Source of the DNA: Aciduliprofundum boonei T469
GTDB taxonomy: Archaea; Thermoplasmatota; Thermoplasmata; Thermoplasmatales; Aciduliprofundaceae
DNA: 32,000 bases
Reading direction: 5' to 3'
Assembly: GCF_000025665.1 (NCBI RefSeq)
Contig: NC_013926.1
Span: 1,454,779-1,486,778, forward strand
The notes below the pieces were generated by a model. That model saw nothing but the letters and a program-made list of their open reading frames with translations. It did not search any database and was not told the DNA's origin. Every line of letters begins with the position of its first letter. Positions within the stretch are counted from its first letter, which is position 1. Positions 1-8,238 of this stretch are shown here, piece by piece. The position numbers and the translations under genes were made by a program.

Positions 1-725
1 GTGAAAATTGCCAAGCGACCTGCATGAGTTCCGGGAGCGAGAACTTCTGCATTTAACTCACGAGGAGTAACAATATCCACTCCAGGCAGATTCCTGAAAC
101 CCTTCAGAACATTATCCTTGTTGGATACAACTATCAAAACGCTCTTCTTTTTCTTGTACCTTCTACCTCTTCTCTTGCCCTTTCCTCCACGGATGCGTTT
201 CTCGCTTGCTCTTATAATATCCTCATAAATACCCAAATTCTGCAATACCCTAATGGCTTCTTTCACAGTGGAGATGTTCTCAAACTCATCCTCAACCACA
301 ACGGGCAAGGTTATATCGGGAGAGAATTTGTGGCCCCTTTTGGCAACCATAACCTTATTTGAGGTCATTGATAATGCAGAATATTTTGCTAAGCGGCGCA
401 TCTTTATGTTCATCTTTCTCTTCCAAACTTTTTGGGTTGTCGGTGGATGTCCAGCTCTGCCACCAACGGTACTTGGAATTATGGCACCCCTTGAAGTATG
501 CCCAACACGGGGCACCATCTTCGATATGCCATGCCCTGGACCCCAAGATTCAGCAACACGGCGCATACCTGCTGTTGGACTCACACCATGAGGTTGGACC
601 CTATTAAGCTGAAATATCCTAACTGCCTCTTTTATTAAATCTGGCCTATATGGATAATTGAAAACTTTTGGAAGGGTTATTTGTCTCTTTACCTCACCAT
701 CAACTGTGTAAACATTAACACGCAT
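1..725 (-). CDS. rpl4: 50S ribosomal protein uL4 (archaeal L4); C-terminus cut by the window edge
   Basis: Absent from the ORF track because it runs off the window. My hand translation of the minus strand from ATG 725-723 is open to base 1: MRVNVYTVDGEVKRQITLPKVFNYPYRPDLIKEAV...SWGPGHGISKMVPRV...GGRAGHPP...RGGKGKRRGRRYKKKKS... A GGGGGTG SD-like box lies just upstream. It starts 3 nt after the rpl3 stop, matching the conserved archaeal rpl3-rpl4-rpl23-rpl2 order. Confidence 0.92.
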   Translation of the reverse strand, partial: MRVNVYTVDGEVKRQITLPKVFNYPYRPDLIKEAVRIFQLNRVQPHGVSPTAGMRRVAESWGPGHGISKMVPRVGHTSRGAIIPSTVGGRAGHPPTTQKVWKRKMNIKMRRLAKYSALSMTSNKVMVAKRGHKFSPDITLPVVVEDEFENISTVKEAIRVLQNLGIYEDIIRASEKRIRGGKGKRRGRRYKKKKSVLIVVSNKDNVLKGFRNLPGVDIVTPRELNAEVLAPGTHAGRLAIF

Positions 726-728
726 TCA

Positions 729-1751
729 TCACACCCCCTGCTTGGATTCGAGGGAAACATAGGTGATTTCAATGCCTTCCACATCCTCCAGTGTTTGTCT
801 AACTGGATCACGGAATCTTATTAACCTCTTAGCCGGACCTGGAACAGAGCCATGGATGAGAACATACGCATTCTTAACTTCTCCATAATGCGGAAAACCA
901 CCCTTTGGAGTTATATCGATTGCAAGTCTCTTCTCACCATTCTCCTCTATGAAATCCACATATTTCACTATCCTTTTATTGTACTCCGTTCTCTGATGAT
1001 ATCCCATCTGACCCGCTTGTGGCACAGTGTAGCGAACCCAGTCAGGATGCCAAGGTCCGAGAGTGCCTATCATACGGCGGTGCTTTCTATTCTTTTGATT
1101 TAGAAGCTTAACTCCGAATCTCTTAACATGGCCCTGAAAACCCTTACCCTTAGTTATGGCAATAACATCCACAAATTTACCATCACTCTTGAAATCTGAA
1201 AATTTAATCTCCTTGCCCAAGAGATTCAGGGCATACTCTTTACGGGCATCAATTGTGCCTCCACCAACGCGAATCTCCATAATATCTGGAGCCTTTTTAG
1301 GCACGCCACTAACCAATCTTGGTTGAGTATGAACTATTAGGCGAATATCTTCAATATCACCCTTAATTCTTTCTAGCGCCTTATCCTTGCTGTATTCTTT
1401 GGGTAAAGGAAATCTCCTCGCAAGCTCTTTATCAAGGTTTTCATCCCATACCTCGCCTATGCTTTTCAGCCCATACATAGTTCTTTCATAAAACCTAACA
1501 CCTGCTACCTTCATAGGTGGAACTTCAATAACGGTAACAGGAGTCCATATCTCTTGACCTGCAGTAGTGGTATGCTTCCTCCAGTCAATTGTAAACACAT
1601 GGGTCATTCCAGCTTTATAGCCGGCAAAACCCTGAATCCTGGGACCATCTTCTATCTCTGGCCAAGTCCTTATTCTAGGAATAGGACTCGCTGCTCTCTT
1701 TCTCGGATAATACGCCATAGAGCCTCGTCTAGGATGATGTGCACTTCCCAT
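729..1751 (-). CDS. rpl3: 50S ribosomal protein uL3 (archaeal L3), 340 aa
   Basis: The ORF track gives 729..1760 starting at GTG. I prefer ATG 1751 (MGSAHHPRRGSMAYYPRKRA...) because a GAGGTGA box at 1757-1763 sits 5 nt upstream and GTG 1760 lies inside that box. uL3 motifs: HPRRGS..YPRKRA, TKGKGFQGHVKRFG, GPWHPDWV. Confidence 0.97.
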   Translation of the reverse strand: MGSAHHPRRGSMAYYPRKRAASPIPRIRTWPEIEDGPRIQGFAGYKAGMTHVFTIDWRKHTTTAGQEIWTPVTVIEVPPMKVAGVRFYERTMYGLKSIGEVWDENLDKELARRFPLPKEYSKDKALERIKGDIEDIRLIVHTQPRLVSGVPKKAPDIMEIRVGGGTIDARKEYALNLLGKEIKFSDFKSDGKFVDVIAITKGKGFQGHVKRFGVKLLNQKNRKHRRMIGTLGPWHPDWVRYTVPQAGQMGYHQRTEYNKRIVKYVDFIEENGEKRLAIDITPKGGFPHYGEVKNAYVLIHGSVPGPAKRLIRFRDPVRQTLEDVEGIEITYVSLESKQGV

Positions 1752-1856
1752 ATTTTTCACCTCGCAGGAGCCGTGACGCCGTCACTACGCCCAAAACACA
1801 TTTTTGGGCGTGCTCACGGGCCATATTGCCCATGGCGTCTGGCTAGCCTTTTTCTT
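1752..1856 (-). promoter_or_regulatory. Predicted structured 5' leader (about 100 nt) of the rpl3-rpl4 operon
   Basis: GC-rich block in an AT-rich spacer. There is a perfect 9-bp stem, cgcccaaaa/ttttgggcg (1788-1810, 5-nt loop). Further stems are gtgac/gtcac (1773-1785) and gccat/atggc (1820-1836). A competing long-range pairing is ccgtga (1771-1776)/tcacgg (1814-1819). The 5' boundary is inferred from the TATA-like box at 1879-1886. Confidence 0.4.
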
Positions 1857-1878
1857 TTGCTCCCATAAAGATATTTTG

Positions 1879-1886
1879 TATATAAA
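1879..1886 (-). promoter_or_regulatory. TATA-like box (TTTATATA on the minus strand) for the rpl3 operon
   Basis: The minus strand reads cTTTATATAc. This predicts a transcription start near 1856, about 105 nt upstream of the rpl3 ATG. Confidence 0.4.
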
Positions 1887-1910
1887 GAATTCGGAGAAAA
1901 AAGAAGAAAA

Positions 1911-3560
1911 TTATTTGAGCATGGGCATCCAGATGCCCTTCTCCTTAGCAGTTCTTATTGCTATCTCGTATCCCGCATCGGCGTGACGCACAACACCTAA
2001 GCCAGGATCATTGTGCAACACCCTTGCAAGTTTCTGCTCAGCAAGCTTCGTTCCATCCGCAACTATCACCATACCCGCATGCAAAGAGTAACCTATGCCA
2101 ACTCCACCTCCATGGTGGAAAGATACCCAAGTAGCACCGGAGGCCACATTGAGCATAGCGTTGAGAATTGGCCAATCTGCGATTGCCTCACTTCCATCTT
2201 TCATCTTCTCCGTCTCTCTATAAGGCGAGGCTACGCTTCCAGTGTCATGATGATCTCGGCCAATAGCTATGGGCGCATCCACCACTCCCTCGCGAACTAA
2301 TTCGTTGAATGCCAGTCCTGCTTTTTCTCTCTCTCCAAAATTGAGCCACAGGATTCTCGCAGGTAATCCCTGCCACTTCACATGCTCTTCCGCCTTATCT
2401 AACCACTGGATAACATGCTTATTCTCCGGGAACAATTTTCTTATTGCATTGTCAGTCTCAAATATATCCTCTGGGTTTCCGCTCAAAGCAACCCATCTAA
2501 AAGGCCCACTTCCTTCGGAGAACAATGGGCGAATATACTCAGGTACATACCCAGGAATCTTAAATGCATCCTCAACGCCAGCCTCCTTTGCCTGTGCCCT
2601 GATATTGTTTCCGTAATCAAATACCTTGGCTCCACGCTCTTTGAACCATACCATTGCGGGCACATGCTTGCGGAGAGACTTGCGTACTTCTTCAAGGTAC
2701 TTCTCAGGATCGTTTTCTCTCAATTCTGCTGCTTCCTCCACAGTATATCCAGCTGGAATGTATCCATTAAGCGGGTCATGAGCGGCAGTTTGATCTGTAA
2801 CAATATCTGGCACAATGCCTCTGCGCACAAGTTCTGGATAGACATCTGCAGCATTAGCAAGTAAACCTATACTTAATGGCTTTCCTTCTTTGAGGGCTTC
2901 ATCTTTCATCTTAAGCGCTTCATCCAAACTATCTGTCCAGGTATCCAAATATCCGCCTTTTAATCTCCGCTCTATGGCCCATTTATTAACCTCAACTATT
3001 ATCCCAACTCCGTTGTTCATTGTTATTGCAAGAGGCTGTGCTCCTCCCATCTCTCCCAATCCTGAGGAAAGAACCCACTTACCTGTCAAATCATGCTGTC
3101 CGAATTCTTTGCGCGCGACTGCATAGAGAGTCTCATAGGTTCCTTGAAGAATTCCCTGCGTTCCAATATAAATCCATGAGCCGGCGGTCATCTGTCCGTA
3201 CATTATTAATCCTCTTTCTTCTAACTCCCGGAAATATTCCCAAGTGGCCCATTTTGGAACAAGGTTCGAGTTTGCGATGAGAACACGGGGAGCCCATTCG
3301 TGAGTTTTGAAAACAGCAACGGGCTTTCCACTCTGCACAATAAGGGTCTCATCAGTTTCCATCTCTTTGAGAGTTTTTACAATTGCATCGAACGATTCCC
3401 AATTCCTCGCAGCACGACCAGTACCACCATAAACTATGAGATGTGCAGGATCCTTGGCCACTTCAGGGTCAAGATTATTCATAAGCAATCTCAATGGCGC
3501 CTCAGTTTGCCATGATTTTGCATTCAATTTTGTGCCTCTGGGGGCTCTAATTTCTCGCAT
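1911..3560 (-). CDS. hutU: Urocanate hydratase (urocanase), 549 aa
   Basis: Full-length urocanase-like sequence: [76 protein letters not shown]. The track start is GTG 3569; ATG 3560 (MREIRAPRG) is the start I prefer. Confidence 0.95.
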   Translation of the reverse strand: MREIRAPRGTKLNAKSWQTEAPLRLLMNNLDPEVAKDPAHLIVYGGTGRAARNWESFDAIVKTLKEMETDETLIVQSGKPVAVFKTHEWAPRVLIANSNLVPKWATWEYFRELEERGLIMYGQMTAGSWIYIGTQGILQGTYETLYAVARKEFGQHDLTGKWVLSSGLGEMGGAQPLAITMNNGVGIIVEVNKWAIERRLKGGYLDTWTDSLDEALKMKDEALKEGKPLSIGLLANAADVYPELVRRGIVPDIVTDQTAAHDPLNGYIPAGYTVEEAAELRENDPEKYLEEVRKSLRKHVPAMVWFKERGAKVFDYGNNIRAQAKEAGVEDAFKIPGYVPEYIRPLFSEGSGPFRWVALSGNPEDIFETDNAIRKLFPENKHVIQWLDKAEEHVKWQGLPARILWLNFGEREKAGLAFNELVREGVVDAPIAIGRDHHDTGSVASPYRETEKMKDGSEAIADWPILNAMLNVASGATWVSFHHGGGVGIGYSLHAGMVIVADGTKLAEQKLARVLHNDPGLGVVRHADAGYEIAIRTAKEKGIWMPMLK

Positions 3561-3582
3561 AATTTCCACATGAAATGAATAG

Positions 3583-3600
3583 ATAAATATTTTATTAAAG
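3583..3600. promoter_or_regulatory. Single AT-rich TATA-like box between divergent hutU and the yhbY-like gene
   Basis: ataaatattttattaaag is centred about 27 nt from the yhbY-like ATG (3618) and 22-31 nt from the hutU start candidates (3569/3560). No SD-like motif is present on either side. Confidence 0.35.
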
Positions 3601-3617
3601 GCCTCGATACTCTTTCT

Positions 3618-3839
3618 ATGGATATAAAAGCAACTGTGCAGATAGGCAAGGGAGGAATAACGGATGGCGTGAAAAGAGAGATAAAGGAGCAGTTAAAAAA
3701 GAGAAAGATAATCAAGATAAAATTCTTGCAAAACGCGGATAGAGAGAACTTCAAAGAAAAAATTGAAAAATTAGCAAAGGATGTGAATGCCGAAATTTTG
3801 GAGATTAGAGGATTCACTGCTGTTCTGAAGAAGAGATGA
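3618..3839 (+). CDS. YhbY/CRS1 (CRM-domain) RNA-binding protein, 73 aa
   Basis: [32 protein letters not shown]...[13 protein letters not shown] matches the YhbY pattern (GK.G.t..v...i...l..reliKvk ... iG....lyr). Confidence 0.75.
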   Translation: MDIKATVQIGKGGITDGVKREIKEQLKKRKIIKIKFLQNADRENFKEKIEKLAKDVNAEILEIRGFTAVLKKR

Positions 3840-4314
3840 GTTTCTCAATTTCCCTTTTCAATTCTTTGTAATTTTCCCTTATCCCTTGAACAATTACCTT
3901 AGTATCGCTTATGACAGGCATGAAATTCGTATCTCCATTCCATCTTGGCACAATGTGCACATGCAAATGCCCTTCTATGCCGGCCCCGGCAACTCTTCCA
4001 ATGTTCAGTCCTATGTTGAAGCCCTGAGGATTCATCGTCCTCTTTATAACCCTTACCATAAGTGCTGTGAGTGCGTGTACATCTTCCCATTCTTCCTCGC
4101 TTAAATCTTCAATCTCACCCACATGTCTGTAAGGTGCAACCATCACATGCCCAGGATTGTATGGATAATTGTTCATTATGACAAAAGCATGTTTGCCTCG
4201 ATAGAGAATTAGATTTTTCTCATCATCCCCATTGGGCAATTTGCAAAATATACATTCATCCATCTTCTCCATGCGGATATACTCAATTCTCCAAGGTGCC
4301 CATAGCTGTTGCAT
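3814..4314 (-). CDS. HIT-family nucleotide hydrolase/phosphorylase, 166 aa
   Basis: Histidine triad GHLHVHIVPRW, CIFC motif, and N-terminal LWAPWRIEYI as in the Ap4A-phosphorylase-like HIT branch. The track start is 4362. I prefer M17 (ATG 4314, MQQLWAPWR) because of the promoter geometry; 4362 remains possible. Confidence 0.88.
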   Translation of the reverse strand: MQQLWAPWRIEYIRMEKMDECIFCKLPNGDDEKNLILYRGKHAFVIMNNYPYNPGHVMVAPYRHVGEIEDLSEEEWEDVHALTALMVRVIKRTMNPQGFNIGLNIGRVAGAGIEGHLHVHIVPRWNGDTNFMPVISDTKVIVQGIRENYKELKREIEKLISSSEQQ

Positions 4315-4332
4315 AAAGCATGATGGCAAAGG

Positions 4333-4344
4333 ATTATTAAAAAG
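4333..4344. promoter_or_regulatory. Single shared AT-rich TATA-like box in the 46-bp HIT/truA divergent spacer
   Basis: attattaaaaag is centred about 22 nt from the truA ATG (4361) and about 24 nt from the HIT ATG (4314). There is no room for a 5' UTR or SD on either side. Confidence 0.4.
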
Positions 4345-4360
4345 ATACCGATATTCATCC

Positions 4361-5122
4361 ATGCTCCTGAAATTTGCCTATGATGGTACAAGGTTCTATG
4401 GATACCAAAGGCAAAAGGATGTACCTACCGTTGAGGGAGAGATTTTGAAAGCCCTTGAAAATATGGGAATTAAAAATTTGAAAAGTGCTTCACGCACAGA
4501 TAGAGGAGTAAGTGCTTTAGGAAATGTGATATGGATTAAAACAGATATTGATGGAAAAGAGCTAATAGGAAGGTTAAATGCAAATTTAAAACACATCTAT
4601 TTTCACTCATTTGCAAATTTGGATATAAATCCAAGATATGCCAGGATAAGATGGTACAGGTACCATTTACTCGATATGGGGCAAGATATGGATAGATTGA
4701 AAGAAGCAGCCATGATATTTCAAGGTGAGCACGATTTTCGAAATTTCACGAGAGTTAGAAAAAATACAGTAATAGAAATAAAAAAAATTGATGTAAATAA
4801 AAGAGGAAGCATAATCACTATAGATTTCTATGGTAGAAATTACCTGTGGAACTTGATAAGGAGAATAGTAGCCGCCATGGAGACCTACTCCCTCGGCAAA
4901 GAGTTTGGCCAAGAGATATTTACTATTCGCAAGAATTTTGGAATTGCACCACCAGAGCCCTTGATACTAATGGATATCCAGTACGATTTTCAATTTGAAA
5001 AAATTGGATTTAAGAAAGATACAAGAAGATTTTTTTCAACTAATTTCTTTAGCAGGTACATCTATTTTTACTTAGCAAATCCTGAGAAAAATATAAATCA
5101 TTTAAGTTCATACGACTTTTGA
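4361..5122 (+). CDS. truA: tRNA pseudouridine(38-40) synthase TruA/Pus1-like, 253 aa
   Basis: MLLKFAYDGTRFYGYQRQ..., catalytic-Asp motif SASRTDRGVSALGNV, GEHDFRNF. The track ORF (4232) has a 43-aa N-terminal extension that overlaps the HIT gene; I reject that extension. Confidence 0.9.
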   Translation: MLLKFAYDGTRFYGYQRQKDVPTVEGEILKALENMGIKNLKSASRTDRGVSALGNVIWIKTDIDGKELIGRLNANLKHIYFHSFANLDINPRYARIRWYRYHLLDMGQDMDRLKEAAMIFQGEHDFRNFTRVRKNTVIEIKKIDVNKRGSIITIDFYGRNYLWNLIRRIVAAMETYSLGKEFGQEIFTIRKNFGIAPPEPLILMDIQYDFQFEKIGFKKDTRRFFSTNFFSRYIYFYLANPEKNINHLSSYDF

Positions 5123-5664
5123 TGAAAGAGATTGAAATCGTTGATGATCCAGATAAAATAAAAATCATAATTGAAGACACAAGAACAAAAATTCTTAGGC
5201 TCTTAAAATTTAGGGATATGACTATTTCAGAACTTGCATCCATTTTAAATAAGGATGTATCCACCATATTCAGGCACATCAAAAAATTAGAAGCTGCTGG
5301 ATTCGTAAAGGTAACTGGAGAGAGAAAGATACACAATGTGCCTGAAAAGATTTATGGAAGGACTATCAAAACCATATTCCTAGCACCCGAGACTTATACG
5401 AAAGACGAAGCAATAAAAAAGATGAATAAGAAAAGGATTGAGATTTTGGCCGATATCTTAGAATCATTAGGGTACAAAGTTAAGGATACAGATTCATTAT
5501 TTGATATCATCGTTCATTTAGACGAATTATCAATAAAAGATATAGAAAAACTCGAAAAGGATGTTGACTGGGGGATATTGAGAAAGCTTGCCCTAATCCT
5601 TGTGCTTTTGAAAATTAGTGATAAGGATCTTGAAAATTTAAGGGAAATAGTGAAAAAAGCTTAA
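5122..5664 (+). CDS. ArsR-family winged-helix transcriptional regulator, 180 aa
   Basis: TRTKILRLLKFRDMTISELASILNKDVSTIFRHIKKLEAAGFVKV is an ArsR/HTH_20-type helix-turn-helix. The ATG at 5122 overlaps the truA TGA by 1 nt (TGATG). The track uses TTG 5119. Confidence 0.75.
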   Translation: MKEIEIVDDPDKIKIIIEDTRTKILRLLKFRDMTISELASILNKDVSTIFRHIKKLEAAGFVKVTGERKIHNVPEKIYGRTIKTIFLAPETYTKDEAIKKMNKKRIEILADILESLGYKVKDTDSLFDIIVHLDELSIKDIEKLEKDVDWGILRKLALILVLLKISDKDLENLREIVKKA

Positions 5665-6077
5665 TCTCCAACAATCTGCACTGCAATGCGCCTGTGCCTT
5701 CTTCTCACATCCAACTCCACAAACACTATTTGTTGCCATGTACCCAGAATCAAGTTTCCGCCTACAATGGGCACACATAAATCTGGTTTTAAAAAGGACG
5801 CCCTTATGTGTGAATGCCCATTTCCATCATGCCATGTCTTTTCATGCTCGTAATTTATGTTTTTTGGAAAAAGTCTTTCTAATGCAGCAGGAAGATCCTT
5901 TTTCAATCCCGGCTCGTACTCAATCGTAGTTATAGCCCCTGTGGAGCCTATTACAAAAACCAAAGCCAAGCCGTTCTTTATACCAGATCTATCTACAACA
6001 CTCTGAACCATACCTGTTATATCAATTATATCCACTTCTCCAGCAGTGCTCAAATTTATCTCTTCATAATAATTCAT
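5661..6077 (-). CDS. YjbQ/UPF0047 family protein (secondary thiamine-phosphate synthase-like), 138 aa
   Basis: HEKTWHDGNGHSHIRASFL...ILGTWQQIVFVELD is the hallmark of the YjbQ family. Confidence 0.85.
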   Translation of the reverse strand: MNYYEEINLSTAGEVDIIDITGMVQSVVDRSGIKNGLALVFVIGSTGAITTIEYEPGLKKDLPAALERLFPKNINYEHEKTWHDGNGHSHIRASFLKPDLCVPIVGGNLILGTWQQIVFVELDVRRRHRRIAVQIVGD

Positions 6078-6314
6078 TTACTTCACCCTCATAGCAAGAT
6101 GAGTAGTTACAGTACTCACCCTCCCAAACTGCTCTATAAAGCTTGATGCTAGCTCCTCGTTGGGCGCTTCAAAAACAAGGACTACATCTGGCTTTCCAAA
6201 AATTTCAAGTTTTTCTCGAATTTTAATGCCTTCCGGAACATTCATATTACGCAATAGATGAAATAAATCGGCGAACCTCTCTGGATTTGCTGTGGCAAAC
6301 ATAATGAATATCAT
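6078..6314 (-). CDS. GYD-domain-like small protein, 78 aa
   Basis: IFGKPDVVLVFEAPNEELASSFIEQFGRVSTVTTHLAMRV resembles the GYD-domain core (G.YD.v.i.EaPddeta....l.l...G.v.T.tl.A). Its stop codon abuts the yjbQ-like start codon (6078/6077). Confidence 0.5.
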   Translation of the reverse strand: MIFIMFATANPERFADLFHLLRNMNVPEGIKIREKLEIFGKPDVVLVFEAPNEELASSFIEQFGRVSTVTTHLAMRVK

Positions 6315-6346
6315 AAAAATAGGAAAAATTGTAATGAATATAAGTT

Positions 6347-8215
6347 TTACTTTTTCAAAACATCTTCTATCTTGAACTCTTTCCCCTCTTTCAATTTTTT
6401 AACGAAGAACTCTGAAAAGAGCTTGTATCTCTTACTTCTGTGCCTTGGCTTGCCCCGGATACTGTGCCCATGCTCTCCTTGCTTAAAAATCACTATGTAT
6501 GTCTCTTTTCCCAAAGATTTTAGCACATGATAGAACATAAGGCTCTGGTCTAGAGGGCACCGATAATCCTCCAAACTGTGTATGAATAACACAGGGGTTT
6601 TCACTGCCTCTGCATAGAACAACGGACTCAATTTTTTGTAGTTCTCATTCTCCAGAGGGTTATCACCTATAACTTCCCTGTCAAACCATAGCCCTATATC
6701 TGAAAATGCATAGGAAGTGAGCCAGTAAGATATTCCGTTCTCACTTATGGCCGCCTTGAATTTATCTGTTTGAGTAATAGCCCAGTTTGTCATATAGCCG
6801 CCATAACTTATTCCTGTTATTCCCAGTTTGTCTTTATCCACATTTTCGTTCTCTATCACCCATTCTAACCCTGCAAGAATATCTTGAAAATCCTCTAAAC
6901 CTGTGCGATTTAGAACTGCCAAGGCAAATTCTTCCGAGTATCCTGTAGAGCCGCGGGGATTCGTAAAGATTACATAGAAACCCATATCGGCCATAAGCTG
7001 CGCTGTATAATGGAAATAATGACCATACATACCCTTTGGTCCTCCATGCACAAACAGAATCGCTGGCAATTTTCTCTTTCCTGCGCCTCTAGGTTTTATG
7101 TACCATCCATCGAGCTCTTTTCCATCAAAGCTCTTGTATTTGAAATGTATGTATTTTCTAGGTTTTAACTTCTTCAAAATCTCAGAATTGTATGAGGTTA
7201 ACTTCTTTAATTCTCCATCAAATATGTACAGCTCTCCCAAGAATGTATCACTCATCATCAAAAATGCGATTTTTCCAGCAGAGCTTACTGCAAAGGAGTA
7301 AACATAGGCATCATTCCCCGCAATTCTAATTTTATTATTTCCTTCAAATTTCTCAAGAACTACGCTACCCGCATCTGCAGTAATTGCATATACATTGCCC
7401 TCAGCATCCAATTTACCTTCAAAATTTTCCAAGCCATAAGAAGCGCTGATCTCTTTCAAATCTTTTCCATCGTATATCATCAGATACCTGTGCTCTGAGA
7501 TGTACTGCATCTCTCTCTTTCCGAGCATAAGCAGAACCTTGTTATTGGAATCCACCGGATAGAAAGGTACATTCTCAAACATCTTCCTTTTCTTTCCCTT
7601 ATAAGCAAAAATATCGAAGGACTTAAACGGATTCTCTCTGCGAGCAATTGTGTATATTATCTCATCTCCGTGCCACAAGGCATTTTCCACATATTTATCC
7701 TCAAATTCATCTACAACTACTTCCCCTTCAGTGTCGTAAATCTGGATGATATTTTTCTCACAATCTCTAAATCCCTTGCCATTGAACCATACGGGAACAG
7801 AGTCATCATAGTAAAGATCCTCGTCTTCCAATTTCTTAGAGTACAATATTAGAATTTTCCTAGAATCATTGTGCCAATCCATACCTATGATATTCTTCGC
7901 TTCTATCAACCTCTTGGATGTCATAGTATCAAGTTCTAACAAATAAAGATCACTCCTTTTCTTGTCCTCATCTACGCGCAAATAGAGCATCTTCTTTCCA
8001 TCTGGAGAGAACTTGGGCATAGAGGCATCTTCCACATACCTTCTCTTCCCACTCTCAAGGTCCTCTATAACCATTGTATTTTCGTACTTGTTTTCTTTCA
8101 TATTCACCTTGCGAAGAACATAGGCAACCAAAGAGCCGCTGCTAGTTATATCCACATCCTGAAGATATGAGAACTTTGCAAATGTATCTTCTTTCCATCT
8201 CATTTTAATCGCCAT
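6347..8215 (-). CDS. S9-family serine peptidase (acylaminoacyl-peptidase/prolyl-oligopeptidase type), 622 aa
   Basis: N-terminal beta-propeller-like region, then a C-terminal alpha/beta hydrolase domain. The hydrolase has GISYGGYM (nucleophile Ser), HSLEDYRCP (Asp) and GEHGH (His). Confidence 0.9.
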   Translation of the reverse strand: MAIKMRWKEDTFAKFSYLQDVDITSSGSLVAYVLRKVNMKENKYENTMVIEDLESGKRRYVEDASMPKFSPDGKKMLYLRVDEDKKRSDLYLLELDTMTSKRLIEAKNIIGMDWHNDSRKILILYSKKLEDEDLYYDDSVPVWFNGKGFRDCEKNIIQIYDTEGEVVVDEFEDKYVENALWHGDEIIYTIARRENPFKSFDIFAYKGKKRKMFENVPFYPVDSNNKVLLMLGKREMQYISEHRYLMIYDGKDLKEISASYGLENFEGKLDAEGNVYAITADAGSVVLEKFEGNNKIRIAGNDAYVYSFAVSSAGKIAFLMMSDTFLGELYIFDGELKKLTSYNSEILKKLKPRKYIHFKYKSFDGKELDGWYIKPRGAGKRKLPAILFVHGGPKGMYGHYFHYTAQLMADMGFYVIFTNPRGSTGYSEEFALAVLNRTGLEDFQDILAGLEWVIENENVDKDKLGITGISYGGYMTNWAITQTDKFKAAISENGISYWLTSYAFSDIGLWFDREVIGDNPLENENYKKLSPLFYAEAVKTPVLFIHSLEDYRCPLDQSLMFYHVLKSLGKETYIVIFKQGEHGHSIRGKPRHRSKRYKLFSEFFVKKLKEGKEFKIEDVLKK

Positions 8216-8238
8216 GGTAGAATAGTGTTCATCTATAT

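Noticed and set aside
253-607. Track ORFs 253..591(+), 355..546(-) and 359..607(+), of 63-112 aa.
   Set aside because: All of them lie inside the uL4 coding frame (minus strand, 1-725). That frame is unbroken and carries diagnostic L4 motifs. Their own translations are low-complexity with no recognisable features.
4360-4363. A CATG where the HIT track start (4362, minus) and the truA start (4361, plus) would overlap on opposite strands.
   Set aside because: This is attractive but probably an artefact of the longest-ORF rule. The conserved HIT N-terminus begins at MQQLWAPWR (ATG 4314), and that start places a TATA-like box at the expected distance. I kept 4362 as an alternative in the feature note.
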